From NCBI GenBank assembly GCA_030390025.1, contig CM059432.1, forward strand, positions 41,108,001 to 41,172,000: a stretch of 64,000 nucleotides of DNA, given 5' to 3'. How positions within the stretch are numbered: position 1 is the first letter of the stretch; each line of letters begins with the position of its first letter. The notes under the pieces were generated by a model that did no database searches, was not told the origin of the DNA, and saw only the letters and a program-made list of their open reading frames with translations. Origin of the DNA: Squalus acanthias. Taxonomy: Eukaryota. A program made the translations under genes and the position numbers. Below, piece by piece: positions 13,921-27,369 of the stretch.

Positions 13921-14302
13921 TATGTAAAAAGCCCAACAAGGGAGGATTCGCTGTTGGATCTAGTAATGGGGAATGAACCAGAGCAGATAAGAGAAGTAAA
14001 AGTAGGGGAACATCTAGGCAATAGTGACCATAATATAATACGCTTTAAGATGATAATTGAGAAGGAATAAGTATGACAAAAACCAGGTTAATCGATTGGA
14101 GAAAAGCTGATTTTGAGGGGCTGAGAATAGAACTTGGGAAAATAAAATGGGCAACAGTATTGGCAAACAACGATGTAGAACAGCAATGGGAAACATTTAA
14201 AAAAGTGTTCAACAGAATGCAGGAACAATATATTCCGTTAAAAGGAAATAACAAACTAAACACTAATGAGACTCCATGGATGAATAAAGCCATAAGGGAA
14301 CA

Positions 14303-14718
14303 ATTTCAAAATTCTCATCCTTGTTTTCAAATCCCTCCATGGCCTTTCCCCTTCCTATCTCTGTAATCTCCTTCAGCCCCCCCCCCCCCCCCCCCCCCCG
14401 AGATATCTGCGCTCCTCTAATTCTGCCCTCTTGAGGATCCCTGATTATAATCGCTCAACCTTTGGTGGCTGTGCCTTCTATTGCCTAGGCCCTAAGCTCT
14501 GGAATTCCCTGCCTAAACCTGTCCGCCTCGCTACCTCTCTTTCCTCCTTTAAGTTGCTCATTAAAACCTACCTCTTTGACCAAACTTTTGGTCACCTGCC
14601 CAAATTTATCCTTATGTGGATCGGTGTCAAATGTTTTGTCTTAAAATACTCCTGTGCAGCGCCTTGGGACGTTTTACTACATTAAAGGCGCTATATACAG
14701 TAAATTGTTGTTGTTGTA
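14303..14718 (+). mobile_element. L2 LINE 3' end (or L2-tailed SINE) with (TTG)n tail
   Basis: GPKLWNSLPK...FKLLIKTYLF; a closely related copy lies at 24113-24515. Confidence 0.8.
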
Positions 14719-15920
14719 GTAGATGTAATTTATCTAGATTTTCAAAAGGCCTTCGATAAAGTACCCCATAATAGACTGATGAACAAGGTCAGAGAATGTG
14801 GAGTCAGGGACAAGTAGCAGAATGGATAGGTAGCTGCCTTCAAGACAGAAAGCAGAGAGTAGGGGTAAAGGATAGCTATTCACAGTGGCAGAAGGTGAGT
14901 AATGGTGTTCCACAAGGATCAGTGCTGGGACCACTGCTGTTCACAATTTACATTAACGATTTAGACTTTGGAATCAAAAACACAATTTCTAAATTTGCGG
15001 ATGACTCCAAATTGGGGGGCGATAGTCAATACTGAGGAGGACTGCAACAAATTACAGGAGGACATTAATAAACTTGCAAAATGGGCATACACAATGAAGT
15101 TCAACACACATAAATGTGAAGTATTACATTTTGGTAGGAAGGATAGGGAGGTCACTTATTACTTGGAGGGTGCGAGTCTAGGTAGGGTAGAGGAAAAAAG
15201 GGATCTCGGTGTACAAATACACAAATCCCTAAAAGTTGCAACACAGGTTAGCAAGGCCATAAAAAAGCAAACCAAGCAATAGGGTTTATTTCTAGAGGGA
15301 TAGAATTGAAAAGTAGGGAAGTTATGATAAACCTGTATCGAAGCTTGGTTAGACCATACTTGGAGTACTGCGTACAGTTCTGGTCGCCATATTAAAGAAA
15401 GGATATAGAGGCACTGGAGAGGGTACAGAGAAGATTTACAAGGATGATACCAGAAATGTGAGGGTATACATATCAGGAAAGGGTGAACAGGCTGGGTCTC
15501 TTTTCTCTTGGAAAAAAAGGCTGAGGGATGACCTAATAGAGGTCTTTAAAATTATGAAAGGTTTTGATAGAGTGGATACAGAGAGAATGTTTCCATTTGT
15601 GGGGAAGAGCATAACTAGAGGCCATCAATATAAGATAGTCACCAAGAAATACAATAGGGAATTCAGATGAAACTTCTTTACCCAGAGGGTGGTGAGAATG
15701 TGGAACTCGCTACCACAGGGAGTGGTTGAAGCGAATAGTATAGATGCATTTAAGGGGAGGCTAGACAAGCATATGAGGGAGAAGGGAATAGAGGGTTATG
15801 CTGATAGATTTAGATGAGGAAAGATGGGAGGAGGCTCGAGTGGAGCATAAACGCCGGCAGGGACTGGTTGGGCCGAATGGCCTGTTTCTGTGCCGTATAT
15901 CCTATATAATCCTATGTAAT

Positions 15921-16900
15921 TCCAGATCCTGACCACTCGTTATGTAAAAATGTATTTCCTCATGTCACCTTTGGTTCTTCTGCCAATCACCTTAAATCTG
16001 TGTCCTCTGGTCCTTGACCCCTCATGACTTTGAACAGCTCTATCAAATTTCCTCTCAACCTTCTGCTCTAAGGAGAACAACCCCAGCTTCTCCAGTCTAT
16101 CCACATAACTGAAGTCCCACATCCCTGGAACCATTCTTGTAAATCTTTTTTGCACCCTCTCTAAGGCCTTCACATCCTTCCTAAAGTGTGGTCCCAGAAT
16201 TGGACATAATACTCCTGTTGAGGCCAAACCAGTGTTTTATAAAGGTTCATCATAACTTCCTTGCTTTTGTACTCTATGCCTCTATTTATAAAGCCCAGGA
16301 TTCCGTATGTTTTTTTAACTGCTTTCTCAACCTGCCCTGCCACCTTCAACGATTTGTGCACATATACCCCCAGGTCTCTCTGTTCATGCACCCCCTTTAG
16401 AATTGTACCCTTTAGTTTATATTGCCTCCCCTCATTCTTCCTACCAAAATGTATCTCTTCGCACTTTTCTGCATTAAATTTCATCTGCCACATGTCCGCC
16501 CATTCCACCAGCCTGTCTATGTCCTCTTGAAGTCTATCACTATCCTCCTCACTGTTCACTTTTTGTCCAAGTTTTGTGTCATCTGCAAATTTTGAAATTG
16601 TGCCCTATACACCAAAGTCTAAGTCATTACTATATATCAAGAAAAGCAGTGGTCCTAGAACCAAGCCCTGGGGAACACCACTGTGTAGCTTTCTCCAGTC
16701 CGATAAACAACCGTTCACCACTACTCTCTGTTTCCTGTCACTTAGCCAATTTCGTATCCATGCCGCCACTGTCCCTTTTATTTCATGGGCTTCAGCTTTG
16801 CTGGCAAGCCTATTATGCGGCACCTTATCAAATGCGTTTTGGAAGCCCACGTAAACCACAACAACCACATTGCCCTCATCAACCCTCATCAAAAAACTCA
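15921..16900 (-). mobile_element. CR1 LINE RT fragment
   Basis: [19 protein letters not shown] and WQMKFNAEKC on the minus strand. Confidence 0.9.
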
Positions 16901-17351
16901 ATCAACAACAGGGACTTTATAGTGGCAGGTGAGGTAGGGGAGCAACTGGGGAATAGTGATCATAGGTTATAATATTCAAGATAATGAAAGGAAAGGGAAG
17001 AAGAACAATGGTAATATTAGACGATTGAACTTAAAGAGGAGAATAGGACAGGGCTAAAAAAGAGCGCTGAGCTGCAGCTAAATGGAATAGGCTTAAAAGG
17101 ATAATTAAGTGTAGTAGTAGCAGAATGTACAACTTGACTTTTTAGGAAGGATAGATGACAAAGGGAAACATTTTTGTTTTACAGACTCCGTATTGCTGGT
17201 GTTCATTGGACAATTCATATGTTCTTTTATTGTATTTGGGTCATTTGGTGTTCAGCTTTACTGTAATTATTTTTCTATTTCTAATTTATGAAATATTTCT
17301 CATGGCTTCTTCTAATCTATTGCATGAATTTTTCTCTAATTTTTTCTTCAG

Positions 17352-17925
17352 GCCTGGTGGAAGTTCTGCTTCTGAACAAGATTCCTGTGTGGAACAGCCT
17401 GCTAGCTTGTATCCACAACCTGGAACATCAGGCTACCAGTCCCATTCCTGTCCTGATTGGATAACGCCAGAGTCAGAACCCGAACATGAAGAGAAACCTC
17501 CTCCGATATTAACTATACTCTCACAGCCAAGTGAAAGCTTGGAGCAACAGAAGAAAACAGAGACTCAGCAGGCCACAAATGGCTCTGCCTCACCTTTTTC
17601 ATCTTGTGGGGCGAGAGTATCCTTAACACCATCTCCGAGGCCTGCGAGAAGGGAAGATGTTTTGTTCAGTCACCACCAGCACCACAGGGGTGCCCTACAC
17701 CATATGACCAGTCATGATAATGGAGAAATGCAGTTGATGTCAGCAGAGGAACATGAGATAATTATGGAAAATCAGAGGAAGTTTGGACTGTATCTTGATG
17801 AAAAAAGAGAAAGCCTTAAAAGAAAACAAGTATTAGAGGAAGACCTGTTAAGGGCAAAAATCAGAGTGGAAGAATTAAAGGCAGCAAGACTACAACAAGG
17901 GTTGCCAGCTCTCCAAGATGCCTAA
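17352..17925 (+). CDS. FSBP: FSBP coding exon 2 (terminal), with C-terminal coiled coil
   Basis: Polypyrimidine acceptor TTTTTCTTCAG| at 17351. Its phase joins exon 1 in frame (CG+G = Arg). EEHEIIMENQRKFGLYLDEKRESLKRKQVLEEDLLRAKIRVEELKAARL matches the recalled FSBP C-terminus. Stop TAA at 17923-17925; ATTAAA at 17947. Spliced CDS is 957 nt (318 aa). Confidence 0.92.
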
Positions 17926-18351
17926 TGTTTGTAGCTATTTGTCTCCATTAAAGTCAACTAAAAACATTACTTATGTGCTATGGATTTTAATTCCAAGGAT
18001 TTTTTTTAATGCCACAGTCTGCCAATGAACAGTAAGTTGTTATCACAGTAATATTTAAATGCTTTACCTAATTTTGGCCAAATTTAATAATTGTCCAATA
18101 ATAGACCCTATTTAAAAATGGAAATACTTTGAACTGTCTGTATCTGCTCACGCAAATGAGGAACAATTTCAATATAATTTGTCATATTCTAACCAAACTT
18201 CAGAAACCTTACACCCTTCTCAAAAGTAAGGGTTTCTCGGAAAATGAGCATAGTTCCACTTGGCTGAGTTGGTGAATGCAGTGTGAATCATAGAATCACA
18301 GAAGGAGGACATTCGGCCCATCGTGTCTGCTTGAAATGGGAGCTGAGTCAT

Positions 18352-19227
18352 GGGGGGAAAAATTTGGTTGGTTTGCGCCTCCCGTTAGCGCCTTAAGAGG
18401 GTGCTAATGGGGCACAAAGCAACTAGTGCCCGGGTGCGGCGATGTTTGCGCCGCTCGCGAAATTGACCGGACATTTTGCAGCGGCGCTAATCACTAGCGC
18501 CACGATCTCCTGCGCCGGCAGATCGTGACGTCAGTCGAGCGTGCAACGCCCCGGTAGCGCCCCGGACCAGATATTGAGTGGCACCCCCTGCCTTACCGCC
18601 TGCAGCTAGCAACGACAAGTTGAGGGGAGCATTATGCAGTCGGGAAGGGACTGGGGGAGCGCTATTTAAAGGTGACCGGTTACTGCCTTTTTTTTCGGCG
18701 ACATTTTTGCACCATGCATTCTGAGTGAGAGAGAGACTTCTGGAGAGATTCAACGCTGTGTTGAGGAGTTTTGAGTACTGAGCAGCACTTTGCAGGTTCA
18801 TTTTGATTTGCCCTTCCTTGTATCGATTTAGATGAGACTGTGGGGGCTGCACTCTGACATCTTTCCCTGGGCCTCTCCATTGTTCTTTCCAGCAGATTTG
18901 ATGTACAGGTCTCTCCAGGCCGAGATTCAAGGCTGCAATGAGCAAGGTGTGGATGGAGAGCAAGATCGACCCTCCCCTTTAAGAACTGGCCAGCGCCAGT
19001 GTGTCTGTGTTCCATTGCTGACTGACATCACATGAGCTTCGCCAGCGCTCTGAGATAGCGCCTCACTCCTCGGTGTCAGCACCTTGAGAGGTGTGTAGCG
19101 CCTGATTTAGCGCTCCAATCACCTCCAGGGGCGATAGAAGCCAAGTTTGCAGTCGGAGGTGATAATTCGCGCCAGGCGCCCGGCCGATAATTGCACCCCA
19201 AATGGGACGATACCGAATTTCTCCCCC
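18352..19227. mobile_element. Non-autonomous DNA transposon, probable PIF/Harbinger type (family A, copy 1)
   Basis: Termini GGGGGGAAAAATTT...AATTTCTCCCCC; GC-rich subterminal AGCGCC repeats; colinear with 41839-42731. Confidence 0.8.
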
Positions 19228-19535
19228 ATAGTCATAACGGCACAGAAGGAGGCCATTTGGCCCATCGAGTCCATGCCAGCTCTCTGTAGAGCAATCCAGT
19301 CAGTCCCACTCCCCCGCTCTATCCCCGTAGCCCTGCAAGTTTATTTCCCTCAAGTGCCTATCCAGTCTCCCCTTGAAAACATTGAGTGTCTCCGCTTCCA
19401 CCACTTCCGTCGGCAGCAAGTTCCAGGTCCTCACCACTGGCTGCGTAAAAAAAAAGTTTTCCCTCACATCCCCCCTGTGTCTCTTGCCCAAAACCTTAAA
19501 TCTGTGTCCCCTAGTCCTTGTACCATCAACTATGG
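19228..19535 (-). mobile_element. CR1 3' end fragment
   Basis: TRGHRFKV...FFTQPVVRTWNLLP. Confidence 0.85.
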
Positions 19536-19996
19536 TGCAAGGTTTGATCTGAGCCTTCAAGGGAGTGTTGCTGTAATATATATGTAGTAGTAGCTCGTTA
19601 TATCTTTAAAATGCAATGGCTTAAAATGCCCTTTTTCCCCCAGTCTCATTTAGAATTTGTTTTCTTGAATAGCTGAGGCAGAATAGCCTCTAGTTAATAA
19701 TGATGCTTGCACAACTCACTAGTTCCTACTAGGTAAATTTATGAAATTAATCCAGGGTTTGAGAATAAGACAATAAAGGTTTTTACTTTACTTTTTACTT
19801 GTTGAGACCACAGCCAATATTTGAGTCTATAATACACGCAACTATATTTTTCACATCTCTATTATCGAAAGGATTTGAGGCTGATTTTAAAGTCCAATAT
19901 CAAACCTCAAAAAATGATGAGCTGTATCTACAGATGCTGCTTGTTAGCTCCTTTGCTCAATGCACTTTGATATTGTCAATGGCTGTTTCTTTTCAG

Positions 19997-20975
19997 GCAC
20001 TGTACCTCCTCCACCTTTCAAGATTGCCATCACCACTCCTCACTTCAAAAACCCTCCCATGATCGCTCTGCCCTCTCCAATTGCTGCCCTATGTCCAAGC
20101 TTCCTGTCCTTTGCTAGGAATTTCCTCAGAGGTTTTTTCGATCAGCCATCATAACTTCAGCGAGAGACATGCCATTTACCTGGGCTTTCTGCCAAAGTTA
20201 GGTGGCCGATCAAAAGACCCCTCCCCCCACCAGGGAAATTCCTGGTGCTGGAGCTTGTTGATGCCACCTACTTGCATACCTCCTTTCCCATTTCTCCTTC
20301 TTTGAATTACTACAGTACCTACCCACAGCACCGAGACTGCCCTCAGCAGAGTCACCAATGATCTCCTCTGTGACAGTGGTCCACTATCGCATCTAGTCCT
20401 TCTTGACATTTCTGCAATGTTCAACACAGTTGATCACTCCATGCTTTACTGCAGTCACCTCCATGGCACTGCCTAACATGCTTCCACTGCTATCTACCCC
20501 AACACAGCCAGCGCATCCCTTGTAATGATTTTTCATCTTCCCTCTGTACAGTCCTATCGGGTGTGCCCAAGGTTTCATCCTTGCTCCCCTTTTTCTCGTC
20601 TACATTACCTTTTAGTCACTATTTTTGATTCCTTGACCACTACTGTGCTGTCTGACTATTTATCTTTTGTCCTTGATGGGCAAGGATCTCCTCCAACTCA
20701 ATATCAGCAAGACCTCCTAAAACTCTGCATCTCAGTATCTGACTCCCTACCTATTTGGAAGCTACATCAGATTGAGCCTGGTGGTGGACAGCCTTGGTGT
20801 CCCACTTGAGCTGACCCCCACAAACCCGGCATCCTTATTCCCACCAAGGTTACCTAGTTCCACCTCTATAACATAATATGCCTCTGCCCCTACCTCATCT
20901 TTAGTGAGACTTTTATCCACCTCCGTCATATCCAAACTTGATAACTCTGGGGCTCTGCTTGCTAGCCTCTCGAGT
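19997..20975 (+). mobile_element. Old, degraded L2 LINE fragments
   Basis: CACAGCACCGAGACTGCCCTC (HSTETAL) and [16 protein letters not shown] are L2 RT motifs. Confidence 0.7.
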
Positions 20976-23900
20976 TTTTCAATTTATGCAAACATATGAA
21001 AAAGGCAGGCTGCCACATCAAACCTGTCCCGTCCCAGCATGGAAGAGGCCAGAAATCCATAGGCTAATTTATGAAAAAAGCTCTGGTGGAACGGAACCCA
21101 CCAAAACATGATTTTGACAGAGCTACATTATTAAATTACATTTTTTCAGGTTTTGTTTGGAGTAACTTCCAGAATGTTCTCAACCAGCACCTTTTGGAGG
21201 ATAATTCTGAATATGAATTTCTATATATTTTTTAAATTTTAAATTAAGGTTTCAGTTACATAATAATTCCAACCTCACTTTGCATTTTATTTCTGAACCT
21301 TGGCAATTCCCCGTGTTGGTGAACAGGAGTACTCCAATAAATCCAGTTCGTGCATTCACACCCTCCTCATTTAAAAAAAAAAGCAGCTGCAACCAGTATT
21401 GAAGAAAATAAAACTTCACATAAGGTAACAACCCATGCATGCCCCAGAAAGTTACTTTTGGGGGGGGGGGGGAAATTAAAGCTTTTAGAAGCTGCATTTT
21501 AGCACTTTATTTGTTGTATATAACTGGGGGCAAATACTAAATAAACACACCTATAACTCCCAGAAATCAGCAGCTCATTTTATGTTTTTTCTGTCTCATG
21601 TTTGCAACAAACAATGGGAAGAAGTAATGTCTAATGAGTTCCAATCCTACACTGCAACCTATATAGTTCTGACGGGCTGCAGTTCCACCTTTGAAATGAT
21701 TTATTGATCGATATTGGCAACCTCCAATGCGAGTGAAGAAAGGTACTTTTTCTCATAGAACACTGACAAGCTGAAACATGAATTGAAAAGCTGACATCCG
21801 CTTTTAAAACTGACAGTTGGTATATATGATGATGGTTTTGCAGCTTGTTCGCATTAAACGTATCTAAGTAACTCATTTGACATTTTATAATACTTCATAT
21901 AATATGGCTAAGGCAAGAATGCAATCAGGAATATTGAAAGCATGCTTCTTTAAGATGCTTCTAGGTGGTGCCATACTGTGTCTCTGAGCCCATCTCCTTT
22001 ATGCATTTGCATTAGTTACTTTTCTTCTATGGCCAGCCTACGTTGCAATGAAATGTTTTGTATTGAGACTATTAAGTGAAAATAAAACAAAATGCTAATT
22101 AGATTTAGAGGCATTTTCCTCCGTTTAATGTATTTTTCACATTTTGAGCCCTGCACAGAATGCAGAAAGTTTCTTCTTTCAACTAATATTTCTGAAAGGT
22201 GCCTGTGGTGTCTTATGTTAAACCACAATTCTGTAGCCTGCAAAATTTGTCAATACTTTTTTTGAAAGGACAAAGAAAAGCAGACTCCAGAAACTCTGTG
22301 ACCTCCTTCAACCTCTACTGAAAGCTAGCAAAAGACAGACAAAAAAGACAAAGAACACAAGGCAGCCTCTTTTTCAAGCGCCATTCATTCTCCTATGGGG
22401 ACAAAGCTCAGAATATAACTCCCATGGAGGGCTTGGCATTGGGATCAGATTTCCGATTATCCTCCTGGATAGCAACCACTGATGCAGCACCAAACCAAGA
22501 ACATAGATGTGAATCGAAGACTGAATAACTTGAGGAGACTTCCATTTTTGACTGGTACTTACCATTGGAGATGGCACAGGGCAGCCATCCTATAGTCTTG
22601 GAAGCTCCAGATGCACAGGCACTCGTGCAACCCCAGATTCAGGAACAACCTAGGTTGCTTTGCTTAAATGAGGGAAAGCTATTGCTCCATAGGTACTCAT
22701 TTGCAGCATCAGATTTAGGTACAAGATTGTTTCCTGGGCAACCTAAAAGAGGGATTTGACAGTCATCAAATGGGATTTCAAATCCCATCATGAATCTTAC
22801 TGGCAACGATCCACTGTCTAGACAATTTATTGCCATCACAATGGCGGTGTTGGGCATAAAGAAACAAGAGCAGACCAAAAAGCACATCAAGCCCATTCCG
22901 CTATTTTGTTAATTATGATAAGAGATATAATGATGAGGCACTATTTCCCCACCCTTCATTGATATCCCTTACTTCCCAAGTAAGTATTTTGTGGCCTTCC
23001 TTGCCCCCTGGCTTTTTACATTAACACCACCAGTCTCTAATCTCTCTTTTAGGCAGATTGAGCACTTGCTTAGGGCAATGCACTCTTAACCCTACTCAAA
23101 GTACAAGAGCAAGTTTATCTCCCTGAAGCTGATAAAGGAGAGGAAAAGCTATGCATTTAATCACCAATTCCTGTTTGATGATCCAGACTGCCTCTCATTT
23201 CAAAATCCACATCCTTAGTCCTCCAGGTAAATGCCAACTCTGCTACAAAACCAATCTAACCACCCAGAAATCCTTATTATGTGGTAAACCAACAAATAGA
23301 CAAACAGATGCTCATGCCCATCAAAAATTCCTTTGACTAATTATAACTCTTCTGCCGAATCAATAACGTTGTACCTAGTTCAAACAACGATATAAACTGG
23401 GAAAACTCCACCGTATGCAATATATTGTTCTCAGACAAAGGAGATAATTCCCTGTGTGACCATTTGCATGCATATTTTGTTTCTTCTCCAGACCCAAGCT
23501 TATTATTTTATCTCCCTTTTTTCCCCTCTTGGCCCCTCTTAGGTTCTCAACTCCTGTATCCTCCCCTTCCTGTCTTGCTACCTCTTCTTTTCTCCCCTAT
23601 CCGGTATTTTGCAACCCTAATCCCTACTTGAATACCCCTTGGATAAGCCCACAGCTACCCTCTGTGCCTTTCTCGGCATTCTCCAAAGGGCCCATCAAGG
23701 CACCTGTCGCTTCCTCCTTTATAAGCAGTAACCCCAACTTCCCCATCCTCCTCTCTCGGTGACCTTTCCACCTAACGGACATGCTGGTGGATAATGTGGC
23801 CCACCTCCTTCCCGAAAATGCTACTACAAAAGTAAGTTTAATAATTTTCTTGTAAACTTTGATTTTTAATGTCTTTATTATGTTACAAATCTTATTTATA

Positions 23901-24112
23901 ATAATTTTCTCAGTTAAACTAGAAAGGCTGAAAAGATTTTCAAAAAGTATTTGGAGCAATTTCATTGGTTCCTATTTTTTATTGCACTTTTTGCATTTTC
24001 TGCCTTTTAACTATGAAGGGAACATATAAGGTGCTGCGAGGCAAAACATTAATGTTTAGAGCTTGTTTATAAAACTGTGGCTAAAACATGGAGCAGTAAC
24101 CTGGCTAGTTTC

Positions 24113-24515
24113 AGTTTCTCATCCTTGTTTTCAAATCTCAATGGCCTCGCCCCTCACTATCTCTGTAATCTCCTTCAGCCCCACAACCCCCCCCAAGATA
24201 TCTGCGCTCCTCTAATTCTGCCCTTTTGAGCATTCCTGATTGTAATCGCTCAACCATTGGTGGCCTAGCCTTCTGTTGCCTAGGCCCTAAGCTCTGGAAT
24301 TCCCTGCCTAAACCTCTCCGCCTCGCTACCTCTCTTTCCTCCTTTTAAGACGCTCCTTAAAACCTTCCTCTTGTACCAAGCTTTTGGTCACCTGCCCGAA
24401 TTTATCCTTATGTGGCTCAGTGTCAAAAATTTTTGTCTTAAAATACTCCTGTGCAGCGCCTTGGGACGTTTTACTACGTTAAAGGTGCTATATAAATACA
24501 AGTTGTTGTTGTTGT
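24113..24515 (+). mobile_element. L2 3' end copy with (TTG)n tail
   Basis: Same family as 14303-14718. Confidence 0.8.
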
Positions 24516-26384
24516 TATGTAATTACAAGTCAGACAAATGTAAATTTTATTGTCAATTACTTTATTGCCAATTTGATCTTGTAGCTGGCAGTGATAGGCT
24601 AACTTTGCTAAAATCACATCGGTGGCTTAATAAAACTAGTTGTTTTAATTGCAGCTGGGTGATTTCTGTGCCTGTAACTGTAGGGAGAGAACGATGACAT
24701 AAAGCGCAAAAAAAACAGATACTGGAAATCTGAAACAAAAACCAGAAAATTGTGGAAACACTCATCAGGTCAGGCAGCATCTGTGGAGAGAACAGATGAT
24801 CGCAACAGCAACTTGCATTTATATAGCACCTTTTTAAGGTAGAAAAACACATACGCTGCTTCAGAGGCATAATCAGACAAAATGGATGCCAAGCCACTGC
24901 CCAGCTTGGCATCCATTTCCCTGTCTGTTTCCCTTTGTGAAGCGTATCAATGTAAGTTGTTGGAGGAGAAAGAGCCTGGAACGCTGGACGGTCAGTAAAT
25001 ATTTGGAATCGGAAAAGCATGTGGTTGGCAATGAGGAGCGGATTAAGTCCATAATCAGTGTAGCGGATCGGTAGCACCTTACTGTTGCCTTGACTGAGAT
25101 CAGCTCATTCACCACAGACCAGAAATCAATCCTGGGACTTTCTTGGTTTTTTTGGCTCACTGCTCATTGACATTCTTAATAAGTGATCTGGGGAAGACGA
25201 GGTTAATACAAAAAAAATGAAGTGACTGAAAATCTTTGTTCAATGTTATGCCGTGTAGCTCTTTAGCTGTATGTATGTATGTATGTATGGAAGTAATTTA
25301 TCTGTGTATTTGCCTTTATGTGGAATTTTGGTTGTTATTCTCCTCCTAAAATTGCTTGTCCTTTTTAGCCGGTTCTCACTTGCTCTCTCATCTTCCTCCC
25401 CTCCCCCAGCCCCCACACCCAACCTCTAATACCAATTGCTTTGGTTCAGCAGCTTCCTTTGTCTCTGATTCATTTGTCTCTGCTGGTGCTTGGCTTCCTG
25501 TGTGCATTATTCTGTCTTGTGTTTATATTCTCTCCGCCTCCCCCCCTAAATAAACAGATTCATGGCTTGTGAAATGTTTATTTTATAGGCTTTTTATGCT
25601 AATTAGGCATTGTTAGCACTGATATTGTGCAAGGAACATATCCAATTTCAGAATATTACGATGCAGTCTTCTGAACCTTATAGTAATGGATGCAATCGTG
25701 ACTGATCCAGCCAGTTTGATGCTGAAATAGGAGACAGAGAACTAATTAAATCACAGGATGAGAGGCACATAGGAATTAATGATGGCTGGTCACCCAATTG
25801 GAATAAGATTTCAATCATCCATGCACTAATGCTCATTATAAGCACTGCAATCTAAGCTTCCCAGTCTTCATATTGACACAGTATTGTTGTCTGGCTTGAT
25901 TCTTTTCAAAACCATTATCTGAGCAAGGTTGACAGAACCACTGATGTTAGAACTACAATACTTCAAAATTCCTGCCCTTCAGATGTAAATAGCCATATCT
26001 TTCAAAACTCAGAAAAATAATAGATTGTTTCAGCACTTTCCATTTTCAATTTACTCTTGCCAAGCACTGATTGCCTTCTTTCTGTGGAAATGAAGATTAC
26101 TTCTTCGGTTATTGATTAACAGTGCAGCTATTCAAGTTTAAGTGAGTAGGTTATGTGGTTGTAAACAGTAAAGAGGAGCTCCTGCTTACAACAGGAGGAG
26201 CACTGCTTCTACGATTCTAACCAGGACCAAAGTAAAACTACAGCAGAGATCTGTGTTATTTTTCTTTAATTTTACAGAAACTGATACAGTCCCCACCGCT
26301 TATAGCGGGCGTGTTGGTGTTGACACTATTTACCCACTAGAAGCAGTGGATGATAAAACCAATCTCCAATTCATTATTCATATC

Positions 26385-26548
26385 GTGTCAGCCGTGGCTC
26401 AGTGGGTAGCACTCTCGCCTCTGAGTCAGAAAGTTGTGGGTTCAAGTCCCACTCCAGAGACTTAAGCACAAAACTCTAGGCTGATAACCAGTGCAATACT
26501 GAGGGAGTGCTGCACTGTCGGAGGGGCTGTCTTTTGGATGAGACGTTG
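26385..26548 (+). mobile_element. tRNA-derived Deu-domain SINE (SacSINE1-like), 5' part
   Basis: A box TGGCTCAGTGG and B box GGTTCAAGTCC, followed by GAGGGAGTGCTGCACTGTCGGAGG...GGATGAGACGTT. Confidence 0.75.
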
Positions 26549-27369
26549 CCAGCATGTCAAATATGTTTTAAACGTCACCTCTGTAATTGACATTGGAAAA
26601 TGGTTAGCGCTATTTGTCAGATATAGGTGGCTGCCCATGATGAGCGTGGACGCTGTAAGTGGTGGGGACTGATTTACAATTTCCATGAAGATATGGACAT
26701 AATCACATCATTTGAACCTGAAAATACTGCAGAAACTCCTATAATACTTTGAATAGGTGAAACTTAGATTTTTATGATTGTAATAAAATGGTGATCCTGA
26801 AAATATATTATACTGTGTAGCATAAAACAGCATATCTTCAAGACACCATGAAAAACACCATGGGGGATCTGCTAGTACAGCGTTGTCCAATATTAACCAC
26901 TAGCTATGTGTCTGATTGGAAATCCAGATGTGGCTAATTGCATTTTTGATCAGTAAATGAAAAATGAGTAATAGATACCCCCACCCTGACATAATTCCTC
27001 TGATAAGCCACACTGTTTTCTACCCTTCAGCCAATTTCTTATCTAGTTCCGAGTTTTACCATGAATCCCTACTGCTTTGAGTGTAACGAAGTAGTCTTTC
27101 TGGCAGAACTTTATGAATTGCTGTTTGAAAGTCTAGGTAGACCACACCTGTTACATTTTTAGGTTTAAGGCTAAATATTTTACTTGGGTTCTGATTCACC
27201 AACCAATCTGGTAAACAGACACTGCGTCCCCTATGATCTTTTACTTGCCTGATATCAAAGTAAACAATAGCAAGAACCAGGGATTGAACAGAGAAGCCTT
27301 GTCACTGTACCACCATGTGATTCTCCTTGTCTTTAGTAAGCATGTTGAATATACACTGCATTACTTCTG

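Larger units (their letters stand above)
12655..15920 (+). mobile_element. CR1 LINE (ORF1 tail to 3' end), interrupted by a MITE and an L2-derived insert
   Basis: EN motifs ITETWL and MGDFSYP; RT motifs [10 protein letters not shown] and KFADDSKL; 3' tail CCTATATAATCCTATGTAAT. Confidence 0.9.

Noticed and set aside
8420..14399. C22 (8420-8441) and C23 (14377-14399) homopolymers as functional G4 elements
   Set aside because: They are expansions at C-rich positions inside LINE copies, and their lengths may be sequencing-dependent.
17155..17351. Hydrophobic N-terminus of the 256-aa ORF as a transmembrane segment
   Set aside because: It is T-rich intron sequence upstream of the 17351 acceptor; FSBP similarity starts after it.
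18487..19035. Repeated ORFs in family A elements (also 41953-42505) as a novel gene
   Set aside because: Reading frames and stops are not preserved between the copies; no recognisable domain.
22300..23830. Possible endogenous viral or coding remnant
   Set aside because: All frames I translated are broken by stops and I recognised no motif; BLASTX would be needed.
24886..25074. GNEERIKSIISVAD as a RAD54B exon
   Set aside because: Only a short chance resemblance, with no convincing splice sites or helicase motifs.
26385..26465. tRNA gene
   Set aside because: The A/B boxes continue directly into a SINE body; it is a SINE head.
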